Assembly: GCA_050084515.1 (NCBI GenBank)
Contig: CM114271.1
Coordinates: 42,160,001-42,224,000 of the forward strand
Direction of reading: 5' to 3'
DNA from: Blasia pusilla
Taxonomy: Eukaryota
Length of the DNA: 64,000 nt
The notes under the pieces were generated by a model. It made no database searches. It was not told the origin of the DNA and worked only from the letters and a program-made list of their open reading frames with translations. The position numbers were made by a program, and so were the translations under genes. Below are positions 50,001 through 63,500 of this stretch, in pieces. Numbering within the stretch: the stretch's first letter is position 1; every line of letters begins with the position of its first letter.

Positions 50001-52241
50001 GTTCACACGCATGCGACGATTGATTGTTGCCACATATGGGGTGAGTGAGGCGCAATCTGTATAGTATTGGTACCGGGTGCTGGACAAGGAGCTACGGACG
50101 AGAGTTTGGGATGCGATGTTGCTTCACATGGCGAAGCCCACATTGAAGGTGGTCTTGTGGTCACCACTTGCTCCTCACTTGGAGGCACTTCATACACCGT
50201 GGATGGTGCCTCGACGACCGGTAGTACCCACGGGTGAGGCAGGTGCGTCGACGTCACACGGAGTTGGAGACACAACTCCTATGCCGGCTCGAGAGGAGCA
50301 GGTGTTGAACTTGTTGTTGGAGGTGGCCACTAGGGTGAGTCAGACTTCGTTGTTTTCCGCCAGGGAGTTGGCGACGTTGGGAGTTGGACCAACTGAGGTG
50401 TTCTGGCTGGCTGCCAGGTTGTGTGAGCGTGGAGAGGTGACTTCCTCTTGTTCAAAGGTTGTTGAGGAGGTGATGGACTTGCCTTCAGAGTAGGTGCTTG
50501 GGACATTCCCCACTAAGTCATGGCATGTTGCGGCGACAAAGTTGGTAGATATGCCAGCTATGCCAGCGATAGAGCGAGCCATGATCACACCAGGTGTGGT
50601 GTTGTTGGATAACCAAGCTGGAGTTTTTTGCTTGGTTAGTCCCACAGGTATGGTGTACCACCCGCAACGTGTCCTACTTGATTCGGGAGCGTAGACCTTG
50701 ATGTTAGAAAAGGTAGCGTGTTTGGCGTTGGGATTACAAAAAGGTGACATCAAGCGTTGTCCCTTTCAGATACAAACCTCTATTGGGGGCATATCACCCA
50801 CACAGTACATGACTCGACAGGAGTTGGTGGTTAGACTCCAGCCAGAGCATGAGTCATATAGTGCGATGGTGCATACTCGGGAGATTACGTTACCGACACA
50901 GTCGTATGATGTGTTGGTAGGGAGTACAATGTTGTATCCCCTTGGATTCATTCTGGATTTTTGGGAGGAGACAATTTCTTATCGACTTGGGTGGCGATGA
51001 GGTGATGGACGGGTGAGCCATCTACCGATGCAATTTGCAAGGGGTAGTGATGGTCAACCACGTGAGGATACAATGACCATGTTGGCAGCATTCACAGGTG
51101 GTGTTGGCTGATCAGGAGGGTTCGGGGAGAGGAGCAAACATGCGGAAGACTTTCCTATAGTGGATAGTCCCACGGAGAGACATGCCAGGGTGGGTGTCTC
51201 TTCCCATGGTGGGGAGCTTCTTTATTGTTGTTGGGGAGGAGCATTGAGATGTGTGGAGTGCAGACGAGCTCGTGAGGAATGCGTAGAGCAGTGTCTATGT
51301 TTGGAGCAAGGTACGAGAGTGTTAGATCTCTTAAGAGGGATCAACATGGCGGGTTCTTGCAGTGTCGTAGTGTTGGCAACACGGATGGTGCTAGATGTGC
51401 ATAGGATAGTAGATCTTGTCAAGTACATATGTGTGTGCTATTTGGAGTTAGGGGGACCCAACTGCCAACTAGGGGGGCGGTTGTGGGATCCCTTTGTATA
51501 TGCGTGAGTATATTTTGTTTTTGTGTTGGGGAAGATCGATGTTGTGTGGTATGTAGATGTGACCAGCGATGTGGGTTGTGTAACGATGTGTATGCGCATG
51601 ACAGCTGTCACATCTTATTTTGACGTAAGTAGAGTTCTATCGCGTTGACAACATAGAGAGTAAGCGGGTTGTTTGGGTGCAACTTCATCTCGAGATTTAG
51701 GATGAGATTGGCGACAGGTTTGTTGTGTCGGGAACGTTGTTTATGGCGATTTCCCTATTTTGGTTTTAGTCCGGCAGGTAATCCGTTGACCAAGTCAACG
51801 GTCCCTTGGTAACCTGTGCACACAGGTTACCGTTGGTAGGGCTATTGTTGGGGGAAGAGCCTTTTGGCTCTTCCCAAGGGTATAAGAGTGAGGAAGATGG
51901 CTTTCCCAAGCCATCTTTCTCATGTTGAGCCTTAGGAGCGCCTCTCTTGGATAGACGTGTATGGGTGTGTAGGAGTTAGGTGCTAGCATCTGGATTCCCT
52001 CATAGCATAGGGTGGATATGGTTCGATATGCCGATGTTGATTCATGAGTGGAGTTTTAGGCCGGGTGAGCCATTTTTACTACTCTTGATTTTGTTGTGGG
52101 GTCCCTTTGTATATTCGTGAATATATTTTGTTTATGTGTGGATCTACCCGTATGTTGGGGAAGATCGATGTTGTGTGGTATGTAGATGTGACCACTGATG
52201 TGGGTTGTGTAGTGATGTGTATGTGCATGACACTAGTTACA
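47030..52241 (+). mobile_element. Degenerate gypsy-like retroelement without recognisable RT/integrase, with A...B-A-B terminal repeats
   Basis: Repeat A 47030-47355 matches 51772-52093; repeat B 51482-51605 matches 52095-52241; PPT AGGGGGGCGG at 51471-51480; aspartic-protease-like RVLLDSGA...YDVLVG at 50670-50930. Confidence 0.7.
47916..48649. repeat. Long imperfect inverted repeat (47916-48130 and 48425-48649)
   Basis: For example TTTGTAGAGACCGGAAATGTACCGGTTGTCA..AAAAACTCCCCGGACCCTG versus CAGGGTCCGGGGAGTTTTT..TGACAACCGGTACATTTCCGGTCTCTACAAA. Confidence 0.85.
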
Positions 52242-54025
52242 AGTACAATACCTATATCATGAACGATAGATGCACATTACTTATCTTAGTATTGATCAAT
52301 GTGGAAAAATCAAGTCGGGAAATTCTAGATAAGTTATGAGGGGTTGGTGTATCTGTCTTAGAAGGCTTTGAAAATGATGGCTGGCAAGGTTTAGCATAAA
52401 CCAAAATTTTGAGTTTTTTTTGAACATTCAATCCCAAATTTTCCATTGGCTATACCATCATTGACATGATACCTATTTTTGAACCTTAACATGGAAATCC
52501 AAAACCCAAATATTCCTTAATTTTTCTCAAATATAAACTGAGAATTCCATATCCCATATTTGATTTTAATATTCTTTTGAACCTTGATGGTTGGCCATAT
52601 GGCATGCCATTGGTAAGAAAAACATGAAAATATCATTAAGTAGGGGCCCTTTGGTGAGAAAATAACATGTCACGTTTGGAAAAGGACAAGAAATGTTGGG
52701 CAAGCCCTAACCACATTTGAACCAAGGTTTTGCATAAGACGGATGTGAGTTTATCTACATGCAAATTGTGAACTCGAATACTCTGCAAATGTTCTCAAAT
52801 ATTTCATGATAATTCAATTTTGAATATTGTGCTAGATCTTGATTTGAAAATACTAATTCATGGTGGACTATGCAAAATTATCGGCAAGTGGCCAACTCCC
52901 ATTTTTAAATTACTTAAATACTAACATCATTATTCCTGAAAATTTCTTGCGTCTCCTTTCTCAAGTTTGCCACTATTGGCCCACTAGCAAAAACCTATAG
53001 AAGAATGGACAACACTTTCAAACCAAAAATCAATCTCATCCTCATGGCAAAGTCTCCAATGATTCTTCTCATCAAGAAAATTTTACTATCCATTCGTCCG
53101 AAGCGTCCGAATAGGCGTTCATCACTAGCTTCAAGTACATCCTTTCGGTTAATCCTTACCATGAAAGGTTCCCGAAAGTTTCGATTCTTGAAAGCCTTCA
53201 CTGGAAGACATAAATATGACTTTGGGACATTGCCACGCTAAATTCAAAATGAAGTCTAAGACTAGTGCTACACGTTTCAAATCGAGGCAATTCCCAGGGT
53301 TGAGAAAAGGAATGAAAATTGTAGTTTTATGAAATTGGATTTGAAAGTGGGGCATCTCCAATCCTACTAAATTGCCCCACCCAAGGTCTTGATCAATACT
53401 TGGAGAGGTTGGGAATGAAGCTAGCTTTACTCAAAATAATTCAGGAAGTTTAAGTTACTCCACGCATTACAGATCCACAAGTGGCGCCTTGATGAATGAT
53501 GTTAAGCTGTAGATGAGGCGGACGCTTTGTAGTTTCGTTTCCTCGTGGATTGAGGACTGCTCTTCACCGTCCACGACCATCGCGCCACATACTGAGAGGG
53601 CCAAGGTGAAGGCTAAGGGCTCTCGGAGGAAGATGGAGGGAGGACAAGCCTGAAGCATGATCAACCCGTGAAGAATGGAGCGACGGAAGTGAGCAGGATA
53701 AGAGGTGGGTCGATTTGATTAAGCATCGGCAAATGGAAGAAGGATCTACGGGAGAAGAAGAGAAAGTGTGTATAAAACGGTGAAAGTAGAAAAGAGGGGA
53801 ACTCAAAGAGTATGCGAAGGCTACGTCCGGACCCGGGAAAAATTTTGGGAGGCCTCCCCTACCGACTAAATTCACTGAGGGCAAAAACTACACCTTGAGA
53901 AACATGATGAGAAAACTTCTAACACCATCGTCTCTCGTGGCATGGACATATCACAACGCCCATCAGTTTGGAGAGGATGCAAAGCTTTAAAGAGCCGCTT
54001 CCTACAGGAGAAGGATTGACCGTCC

Positions 54026-57000
54026 CTAGGGGAGAGGGATACTTTGTGGGAAGTTGAAGACGTTTTGGGGGTCCCACTTGGACTTGAGGGCTTCGAGGCG
54101 CGGGAGGTTGGAGCCGTAATAGGCAGAAAGCGGCATTTCGCTGTCGATGTAGTTCTGGTACGCTTCGGACGACGAGAAGGGGCGCACTGCGCTCCAAATG
54201 TGCTTCATGAAAGCGGTGCCGTTGGCTTCGGCCGCCGGGCGCCCCTGCCAGTACGAGAACATCTGGATGCTGAACAGCGAGTTCCGGTGCACGAAAGCGG
54301 TGGTGCCCGGCCGGACACGGTTGATCGCCGAACCTGAGCCTCCGAACAGGTCGAAGATGAAGTAGCTGGACGTGGGCCCGGCCTGCAAGGCCTGGATGTA
54401 GGCTTGGATCCCTGCTTCGGGAAAGCCCGAACTTTTCGAAAAGATCGACTTGGACTTGAAGGTGGCGGTAGGGTAGTTGAAGTTCTTCAGGTCGAGGATC
54501 GACGGAGGGTCGGTGGCTTTGAAGCCTCCGTCCGTGAGGACGGACGTTATGTAGTCGACTTGGGACTGAACCGAGCTCTTGGGAGCGGGTACTTTAGTGA
54601 GGAATTTCGACAGCAGCGTTGAGAGCTGGGCCTGAGGGCCAAGGAAGAGGCCGAAGAAGGTGTTCCCGCCCGAAGGGTCTTGATACAGGGAGGCAGACAC
54701 GTCGGCGGGGGCTGTGAGTCCCCAGCTCTGGAACGCTCGCACTGTCTGCGCCTGTTGGCTTTTGTCGAAAGAGAAGCTGAAAGATGTCACCTTTTTCGAT
54801 ACGTCGAATGTGTTGAATGTGAACTGCGTCACAATGCCTGCGACACAGAAAACTCGCACTAATCAGTCATCTCGACATCGGAGTGAAAGGCGAAACGAAA
54901 TCAGGTCTAGTAATACGCACTCGCTAGCTAAGAGCCTACCAACGGGCTCATCGTATCAACGAATTAGAAGAAGTCGAAGGATGAGAAGATATCCAATATC
55001 GGTGGACCTGGAACTTTGAAACCGAGAAGAGAGGGGAATCTGAAAGGCAGGGCGTACGAAGGGCAGAAACGAACTATCGTTGGAATCTCAGTAGAAACCT
55101 AGCGGGAATCGGTTGACCATTAAGGCATGCATGCATGAGCTTCGACAAGAGTGCGAGAGATAGAGGGATTAGAATTCCAGTATGACTACCATCTGTATCG
55201 TTGGAAACGAGGATGAAAGACTGCATCGATTGTCTGGACCTGAGACTCTGCACATAGTTTCACACCAGATCTCTGGCTCCCGTGGCTCCTTTGGGTTCCC
55301 GTGGACAAAGCTAAACTTCAGTCATTCATTCTCTCTCAATTGTAGGTGGGGGAAGGGTGAATACCCGCACGCACGCACGCACACTTATGCAAATGCATGG
55401 ACATAAAGCTCGAACGCGACAGGAGAATCAAACTGTGCCAACTCCGTAAGGTCCCTTACCGAAGGAGTTAGCCCCAGCACCCCTAAGGGCGAAAAAGAGA
55501 TCCGGATTCCGAGTGGCACTCACTGTCACAAGCACCCCATTCCTGTTGACTAGTTTGGCCTCCACGAGACTGTCACACATAACCCCCCACTTTCTGGACA
55601 GAAAACCCCATCCGCCCCCGAGAACGTGGCCTGCCACCCCAACACTCGGGCACGTTCCGGAGGGAATGGAGACCTTGCCCTGATTCCAAAGTGCCAGTTT
55701 CATAGGTCCTAATCTGGAGCCAGCGCCCACTGTCGCTCGCTTCGTGATGTTGTTGTACCTCACTTCGTTCAAACCTCCCAAATCCACCACCAGGACCCCA
55801 TCTCGTCCCCCTGCGCAGATCCACATTAGATGCTTCGAAAGCTGGTGGGGCCATTTGCTCTCGCTACTGCAAAGTACAGTGGTATAGTGATGATCTGATC
55901 TGTGTATCTAGAAAACTCGAACGATGGAGGTACAATTATTTCTAGCATAGATAAAAATCTAGGAAGATTTTATTCCTGAAAGACGAAAACTCGGATCAAG
56001 ATCCAGAACCCCATAAAAAGTCAACGATGGTGTCCTCAGGATTTCTGGAGTAGTCATTTTGTAGACGTACTCGATAATCTATCTAGGAAGGGAAGATTCA
56101 ATTTCGTAACATGCGCGCTCTCCTCTCCTTCCACTCGAAAGAAATTGGATATTTGCTACATTCCTTTCAAGAAAACTACCCAATAGAACCCTTTGGCATA
56201 AAATAGTAGTGTTCAATCATGGACAGCACGGTGTCGGGGTTCGTCTTCAATTCTGGGCCTTTCGATGTTGGGTTGGGAATCACCGCTCAAGCCCGTAAGT
56301 TTTGCTTCTACAGGCATACATCAATAAACATGAATGCACGTTCGAAAGTGCTCGAGCTTGAACTTTCACTCAAGCTTGTAATTTCTAGCTAGTGACTCAA
56401 GATGGTCGGCATGAAGTCTTCATAGTCTGTTACCTGAGCCTGGTCACTATCTCCCGCACGTAACGTACCTACGAAAACACTATAATCTCTCGCAGAAAGT
56501 CGTGCATCTGATCACAACTGCTGTGGCCACTGTGGAAGTCAGTGCTGCATGGCCCGCGGAGAACCACATGATGCACCTCCTGGTTGGAGGAAAGGAGAAG
56601 CCTAGGACATACCAAGCGAATAATCTTCGTAAGAATGACCTCCGCAACGAGGGGCGATTCCGATTTTGAGCTTGATTGCACACGTGACTGCATTTTGCAC
56701 ATGGGCAGTGGTGGTTGCAAACACGATCGCTGCTGGAGAGTACAAGAATCTCTGATTGAAGACGTGTCCTCGTGCGGCATTGTAGTCTGCACTTCCTGGT
56801 AGAACCACTTTCGCCTTGCCCGGTCGTAGACAGTCGCTGATCTCAGTTGAGGTCGCTAGCAAAACTCTTGTGGACTGCTCTTCCACAGAGCATTCCAAGT
56901 CAGTTCCATAACACTCAGTAGGAAGAAATCGTGTACCACACATACTAATTTGAAGCACAAGTACAAACAAAGGAGGAGACGATAAAAATCGTTCGATGTG

Positions 57001-57568
57001 AAATAGCAGAAAGCTCACAGAGCTATGGGGTAATTCTTTTCATTATCTTACCAAGGGACCTCATTTTAAGAGTACTCGTTAAGGTGTGCCTCCTTGGAGA
57101 ATATAAGTGATTTCTAATGCATGAATGAATGAACGAGAGATAGAACTGATTTCATTCTCTGGCTTGCAGCTGATAGGAAATTTTTCTCGCCAGTGGGGAA
57201 ATTTCGATACGTGCACCAAAATTTCAAATTTAACTTCAAATGCGTTTCTAGGATTGAATTCTAGAAATCTTTTTTTCATGTCAAGAACAAACGGCACCCT
57301 ATGTTCACTTCACCTTTGTACAGCATGCTGGTCCAGGACCAATATACCTCTGATGGGCAAGTCCATTCCCATAACAGCATCAGGGGTGACCCCGGCTCCG
57401 GTTGGAAGCCCATCCATGTGAGCAGGATAATACCTATATTTCTTGCCACTGTACGTCGTCCCGATGGGGGGGATCTTGGAAGCGCATCCATGTGAGCAGG
57501 ATAATATCTATATTTCCTGTCACTGTACGTCGTCCCGATGTGGGGATCTTGTTATGGTGAAGCTCCAC

Positions 57569-57620
<52 letters not shown>

Positions 57621-57733
57621 ATCATTAAGGAGAAAAAAAAGAGTACCCTGACGGTGATGGCTTGAAGCGAGAAATGCAGAAACATGAGGAGTAGCAAACT
57701 CCTCAGTGGTGTAATTCGTGTCCTAAACTCCAT
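54026..57733 (-). CDS. Secreted berberine-bridge-enzyme-like / AA7-type FAD oxidase (exons 57733-57647, ~56913-56613, 55810-55460, 54837-54026)
   Basis: Signal-peptide-like first exon; RCGGHSYE (His-FAD); GTCPSVGVAGH (Cys-FAD); DLFFALRGAG; AYQNYID...YYGSNLPRLEALKSKWDPQNVFNFPQSIP. The last two introns are phase-consistent; the exon 2 acceptor is uncertain. Confidence 0.88.
57573..57618. repeat. (GA)n microsatellite in the first intron of the oxidase gene
   Basis: Uninterrupted AG dinucleotide run of about 46 bp. Confidence 0.95.
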
Positions 57734-59639
57734 CACGCTCGTCCCTTGCTCCAATCCAGCACTCTTTAAATTCGAGGATCAATCAATGGGAATATCGATC
57801 ACTCTCGTTGATATCCGAAAAAGCAGACCTTCACTCAGATATACAGACCCCAAAAGGTAGTTGCCCTTCCTGGATCCAATCGATCTGAGTCTCCCTTGAT
57901 CTAAATTACCGCCATCGAACCAAGAAGGTTCTGTCCCGAAGCAGTTCTAAACTTCTCCCGGATCTCCTGGCTATTACTAAGTTGCACCAACTCGACGCCT
58001 ACTTCATTAAGGGAGCACTACTCGGTGGACGACCATTTCCAGTTCCGCCGAGCGAGGGAAAGCAAAGCGTACATCCGCGTCCTGGAACAGATCGAATCCT
58101 CCAAGTTAGCATCTATCGATAGATCACGAACGGTATATATGTATATTACTCCGGTCGAGAATCGGTAGCGTTTCAACACATGTGCAATGATCGACTGATC
58201 TCTCCATTCGATGAACATATGAACCCCATGCACACTGACCAAAGCTGCAGACCTCTAGTCAATCCCATCGAGCCACCTATATAGTTATTACAAACCCAAC
58301 CCATATGACATCCAGAATAGACCATAACCTTTTTTGGATAAAAAATATATCACACTACAGTAAAGAATCCGTGATCCTGCACTTGTGTTGAATTGAACAA
58401 TTTTTAAGTCGGCATCTTCGCTTTCAGCATGATGTGATCTCCAGGTCTCATTTACAACTTCCACATCTGGAAACATGTTTTTCTTCTTTTAGTACGGTAC
58501 ACCACCAAGATAACAAGCGATATATAGATCTACCTTCCTTCCTATCATCATGATCCCTTCTCCTCCTCAAACAATACTATAAGACCGATATCCATACTAT
58601 TATTCTGGATCTCATACCACCGGTGTGGTCAACGCCTGAATTATCGATCTCTTCGGACTCGCAGAGTGCACCAAAAGTGCCTCCGGCAGAAATTACGCAA
58701 CGTCGAGCGGCCATGGCAGGGAAGCCGATAATGACATTACATCACGACGGGTCTTCGTGCTATCATCACTGGGCTCTCCATCGATGATGATCAATCCTCC
58801 AGCTGGGACGAGCTGTCTACCTCGACGTGATTGTTTCTTGACACACATGGGGTCAATTATGGGGGAATCCTTACTTGACCAGCCCTGGCAACTTGGCGAG
58901 TCGAATAAACATGGATACGGGGCATATATTGCGTCGAACTTCTTCCACGGGTAGAAGTTCTACTTCTCCAGGAAGTTCTCCTTTGAGAATTCAAGGGATG
59001 AGAGACGAGCTGATGATTAGTCGTCCGATCTGATGGGCCCGCAATGGTTAGGAACTCGCATTGATCATGTTACATGTATAGCTTCTGAGTTACGTGGTAA
59101 TATTGTCAGACTTGCTCCGGTGGTGACGAGGATGGACTTCGACTTGCATTGAATTTGGAGAAATCGTGGGTCAGCGTACGTTGGGGGATGGGGAGTGGGG
59201 TTGTGTTGAAGAGGCTTAATTTAGTGCGAACAATTCTTTTCTCTCTGAAAACGGGGGCTGACATACCATTGACTTAGTTGATCGATCTGGATGCCTTGGA
59301 TGAAGCTAGACTAGAGAAGGTTCTTTGGACACCTCTATCCATTGCCAACTTTAGACTTGAAGGATTTTTAAGAAAAAGGGTATGAGATTACAACTGTAAA
59401 AACCGGGTTGAAAACTCCCCGTGAAATTGAAGAATTCAAAAAAATGGGATTTTTTTATTCTATTATCATGTGAAAACAGACCGGGCAATGGGCATGATGC
59501 ACAATTTACGTATTCCTAAAAGGATGTCAAAAAAATTCCTAATATCGAAAAATCTTTACCTCGTACAAATTAAATTAACCTCATCGACACCACAAACTCT
59601 ATTCCTTTAAATTTTTTTTACCAGCCAATCGAAGAAACC

Positions 59640-60501
59640 ACTTTATTATAAAATAAACCTCAAAAGAAGACAAAGAAAGGTAATAACAACTCAAAAGAGG
59701 AGTAAAAAAATGCATAAAAGAATGCAAAAAGAAAATGGCAACAAGCCCACGTGAACACCGGCTCAACGAGCAACACGATTGATTGCTTGAAACAAATCTG
59801 ACAAGAACACGAGTGGTTGGTCAGACGTGAATGGACGACGAGGCGAGCGACCTCCCACCACCTCCGCACGACGTATTAATGCCAAGGCTTGTGCACGTTG
59901 TAAGGCCATTGAGATGCATTGCCTAAAATAAATAGTAACTACCGACAGAGAAGGACTACGGGAAGGGGCAAGGTGATGATTCTCGAGGGAGTGGTGAGCA
60001 CATGTTTTCAAGAAAGTATCAAAAGACACATGTAAATGACCGAATACTTCCACTGCAAACGGAATAAATCCGTCAGTCGCATGTCTCATAGCATAACTTA
60101 ACTCCTTGATTCTTGCTGCAGCTTCGGCCGCCAAACCTTTGGTATGTGCAGCTCTACACACCAAGTCAGAACGTGTTGGATCAGCAACCACCACATCACC
60201 TAGTGTCCGGAATCCACCTCGAGACATAACAAGATCCACTCTCCGACGAGAGGTTACTTGTGTGGTTGAAGGTAGGACGTGGATTTGCTCTTGCCCAACG
60301 GTATATCCTGCCGTACGAGCCACCGATGCTACCGCCTCTCTAATGACATCATGTGTGGCCGTTCGTTCTCCACCATGTGCATATCGGAGAATATGGATAC
60401 CCTTGGCATCAATAGGATCCCCGCATACACAATTTGGCACACCTAAGAGAGAAGGATGGGGAAGTCCAAGACGTAACCGCAAAGTTGTCGAGAATATACT
60501 T
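59640..60501 (-). mobile_element. 3' part of a CRE-like non-LTR retrotransposon (Zn knuckle + restriction-like endonuclease), interrupted by a gypsy element
   Basis: LRLRLG...CVCG...H...GGERTATHD...RRVDL...GDVVV...K..Y...FIPFAVEVFG...ISMALQR. Confidence 0.8.
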
Positions 60502-63500
60502 TGTGGTGCAAATCCACATCGTCATACAACATACATCGCTGACATACCATACGCACATACATACATAACATAGACGAGAGTATCCACAAACGCAAGTGTA
60601 CCACAACTCGGAAATCCGTGAAAGACCTATTGTCATAAAACACGTTTACAATCACATACAATCGAGCCAAACCCACTCCACGATGAGAGAATCTAGGTCG
60701 AAGCTTGCGGGAAACACCATAGCCAAGAGCTCTACTCACTACCAAGGCTAAATCCCAACGCAACAGGCTCAACTCAAAGAATCGATCGTTTCTTTGAGGG
60801 CAAGCCACCTTATATCCTCCAACCTAAGAGCGGGCCCTATTGGGAAAGTCACCCCCAAGTGAGTAACCCCCAACCCTATGTATGGAACCGCATCTCTACC
60901 AAGCCACTACGGTCCTATATAAGGAATGGCCTCTACCAGACACCATACTCTACGACATAATCCGTATGGTCATGACAATTAATCGTGCGAATCCACATCG
61001 TCATACAACATACATCGACATACCATACGCACATACATACATAACATAGACAAGAGTATCCACAAACGCAAGTGTACCACAACTCGCCCCCTAATTGGCG
61101 GTTAGGTCCTCTAACTCCCAGGTAGCCCTATACATCTACTACATGCTATACACCTTCTTGGGTGCCCGAATCAGAAGGCCGGGTGCTAGGTTGCCCCATC
61201 GTTAGTCGCACATCCGTAATCCATATCATGCAAAGATCAAGTCATCTACCTCTCCTAAGTACATCGAGGACAAACCCACCTTCCAAGAGGAACAACATCC
61301 AAACGTGGAGTCAAACACATCATGTGCCAACCCCTAGAACACCGATCACACACCAACATACGGGCTGCGTTACCAGCAGACCCACACAACATGCACCTCA
61401 AGCTAGCACGTATCATGGCTAAGCTTGGGTCAACAGTACCATCCACATTTGGAAGATGACATGGCGCACAATTACGCACATGGTCCTTCCAAACAACTCC
61501 ATCACGACCCTCCAACATGAGAACTCCAGAAGCTAACACTTCACGCACTCGTAAAATAGTGCGGCATGCCGTCACATCCAACGTTGTCGGGCAATCTGCA
61601 AATAGACATAGTCCCCACATGGAACCTACGAATCGATGGTCGATAACCTCCACCCCGAATGGTTGCATACCGCAACGTATCCCTATGTTGAGCAATGGCA
61701 AGATTCTCAAAGGCTGTTGGCATAACTCTCCGAAAGAGCTCCGCCCGCTGAGAACACACCCTCATCCACATCTCTGGGTCATCAAGATTCACCACCTCAC
61801 TAGACTCCCGACGAATTGCTGCTGGCAAGTCTGGATCTCGGCCGTATAACAGAAAATAAGGTGAGAAGGAAGCCAAGGATGCTTGGCGATGAACCTATAC
61901 CCCATGGCTAACCATGGCAACCGAATATCCGGTCTCCAAGATGCCCATTCTCAGAGGCCATACTTGCGCAATGCCCTCTTCACCGCCTCGAACCACACGC
62001 TCAGCCAAACCATCCGCCTCTGGATGATCTCGAGACGTGGTCCAATGATCAATCAACGCCTTGTCACACAAGACCTGAAACTCACCCCAAACTCAGACTC
62101 TGGTCGGTCAAGACTTGGTGGTGCACCAAAATGACTAAGCACTCTATCCAAAACGCATACGCCGTTCCTCACTTGCCTTGTCCGTAATGCCACCAACTCA
62201 ATCCACTTGGAGAAGTGCTCCACCATCACCAACACATATCGATGATGTAAATACCAACGGTAACGGTCCCCAAAGTCCACACTCCAACGGTAACAACCCC
62301 ATAATAGGCAAGGGGTGTAATTGTGGTGTAGGGGCATTAAATGATGCCCTCACCCGGTCACAAACCATACAACGTGACACCAACCATCTGCACTGAGTAT
62401 GCATGCCACGCCACCAATATTGGCCAAGGAGTAAGCTATACGACGCTTTACCCCAAAATGTCCCAACTCCTCATGGGCATGTCGCACAATGCGCTCTCTC
62501 TCGAGCCAAATGTGGCACTACTGTACTCTACCATCCTCCCACACGCGGAGAATATGTGTTCCTCCAATCGATACCTCTTAGCACGTTGAAGAACACGGTC
62601 TCGCTCCTTGGCACTCACTATGCCTGGCACCATACTTGGTCCGTAGGAACTCCAACACCAACGCATCATCATGAATATCACGCTGATCCGCACCACCATC
62701 TCCAACCTTAGGATCGGAAGGTGGCCATCTACCCCTCGACTAGAGTAAGATATCATGTGGTCCTCCATACTAGAGTCCACCTAACCAACATGAAAAGGCG
62801 GATGCATGCCAACCTAGCACCATCTCCTCATCAACCTCGCCATGCCATCTAGCCCCAGTTGTATCCTCTTGGCTAGTACATGGGTTCCTACTCAACCCAT
62901 CAAGATCAAGGTTGGCAACCAGGTCTATGTACCACCCGGAAGTCATACTCTGTAAGATAAGAGCCCACCGTGCAAGCTTCCCCGTAAGCTTGTCCGACTC
63001 CATCAACCACTTGAGCGGTGGTGATCAGTAACAAGGGTAAAGCGGTGCCAAACAAGTAACACTTAAAGTGTGCCACAGCCCCACACTCTTGCCAAGCACT
63101 CTCCCTCATATGAACTATAGCGCGACTCATTGCATTATTCGAACGACTTGCATAGGCCACCACAAACTCCATGTGCTCATCATCATGTTGTGTCAACACC
63201 GCCCAAGTCCCAACCTACTCCAATCAATGTGTAATCGAAATGGGCGCCCTCGATAGGTCTCCTCAAGATAGGCGCCGCCACCAATCGGGCCTTAAGCTCC
63301 ACAAAAGCTCTCTCTGATCATCTCCGCAAAGTGCCACTCTTGATCTGATTTCAACAATTGGTTCAAAGGCTTTGCCATAGCACTAAATCCCTTCACATAC
63401 CTCCGATAGTAGTTCGCCAATCCCATGAATGCTCGAACTCTACTCACATCTATCGGACGCGGAATAAGTGCAATAGCCTCCATCTTTGCTTGCTGAACTC

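Noticed and set aside
52560-53460. Possible decayed TE coding remnant
   Set aside because: No motif I could assign with confidence.
57405-57550. ~80-bp tandem duplication in the oxidase first intron
   Set aside because: Only two copies and no sign of function.
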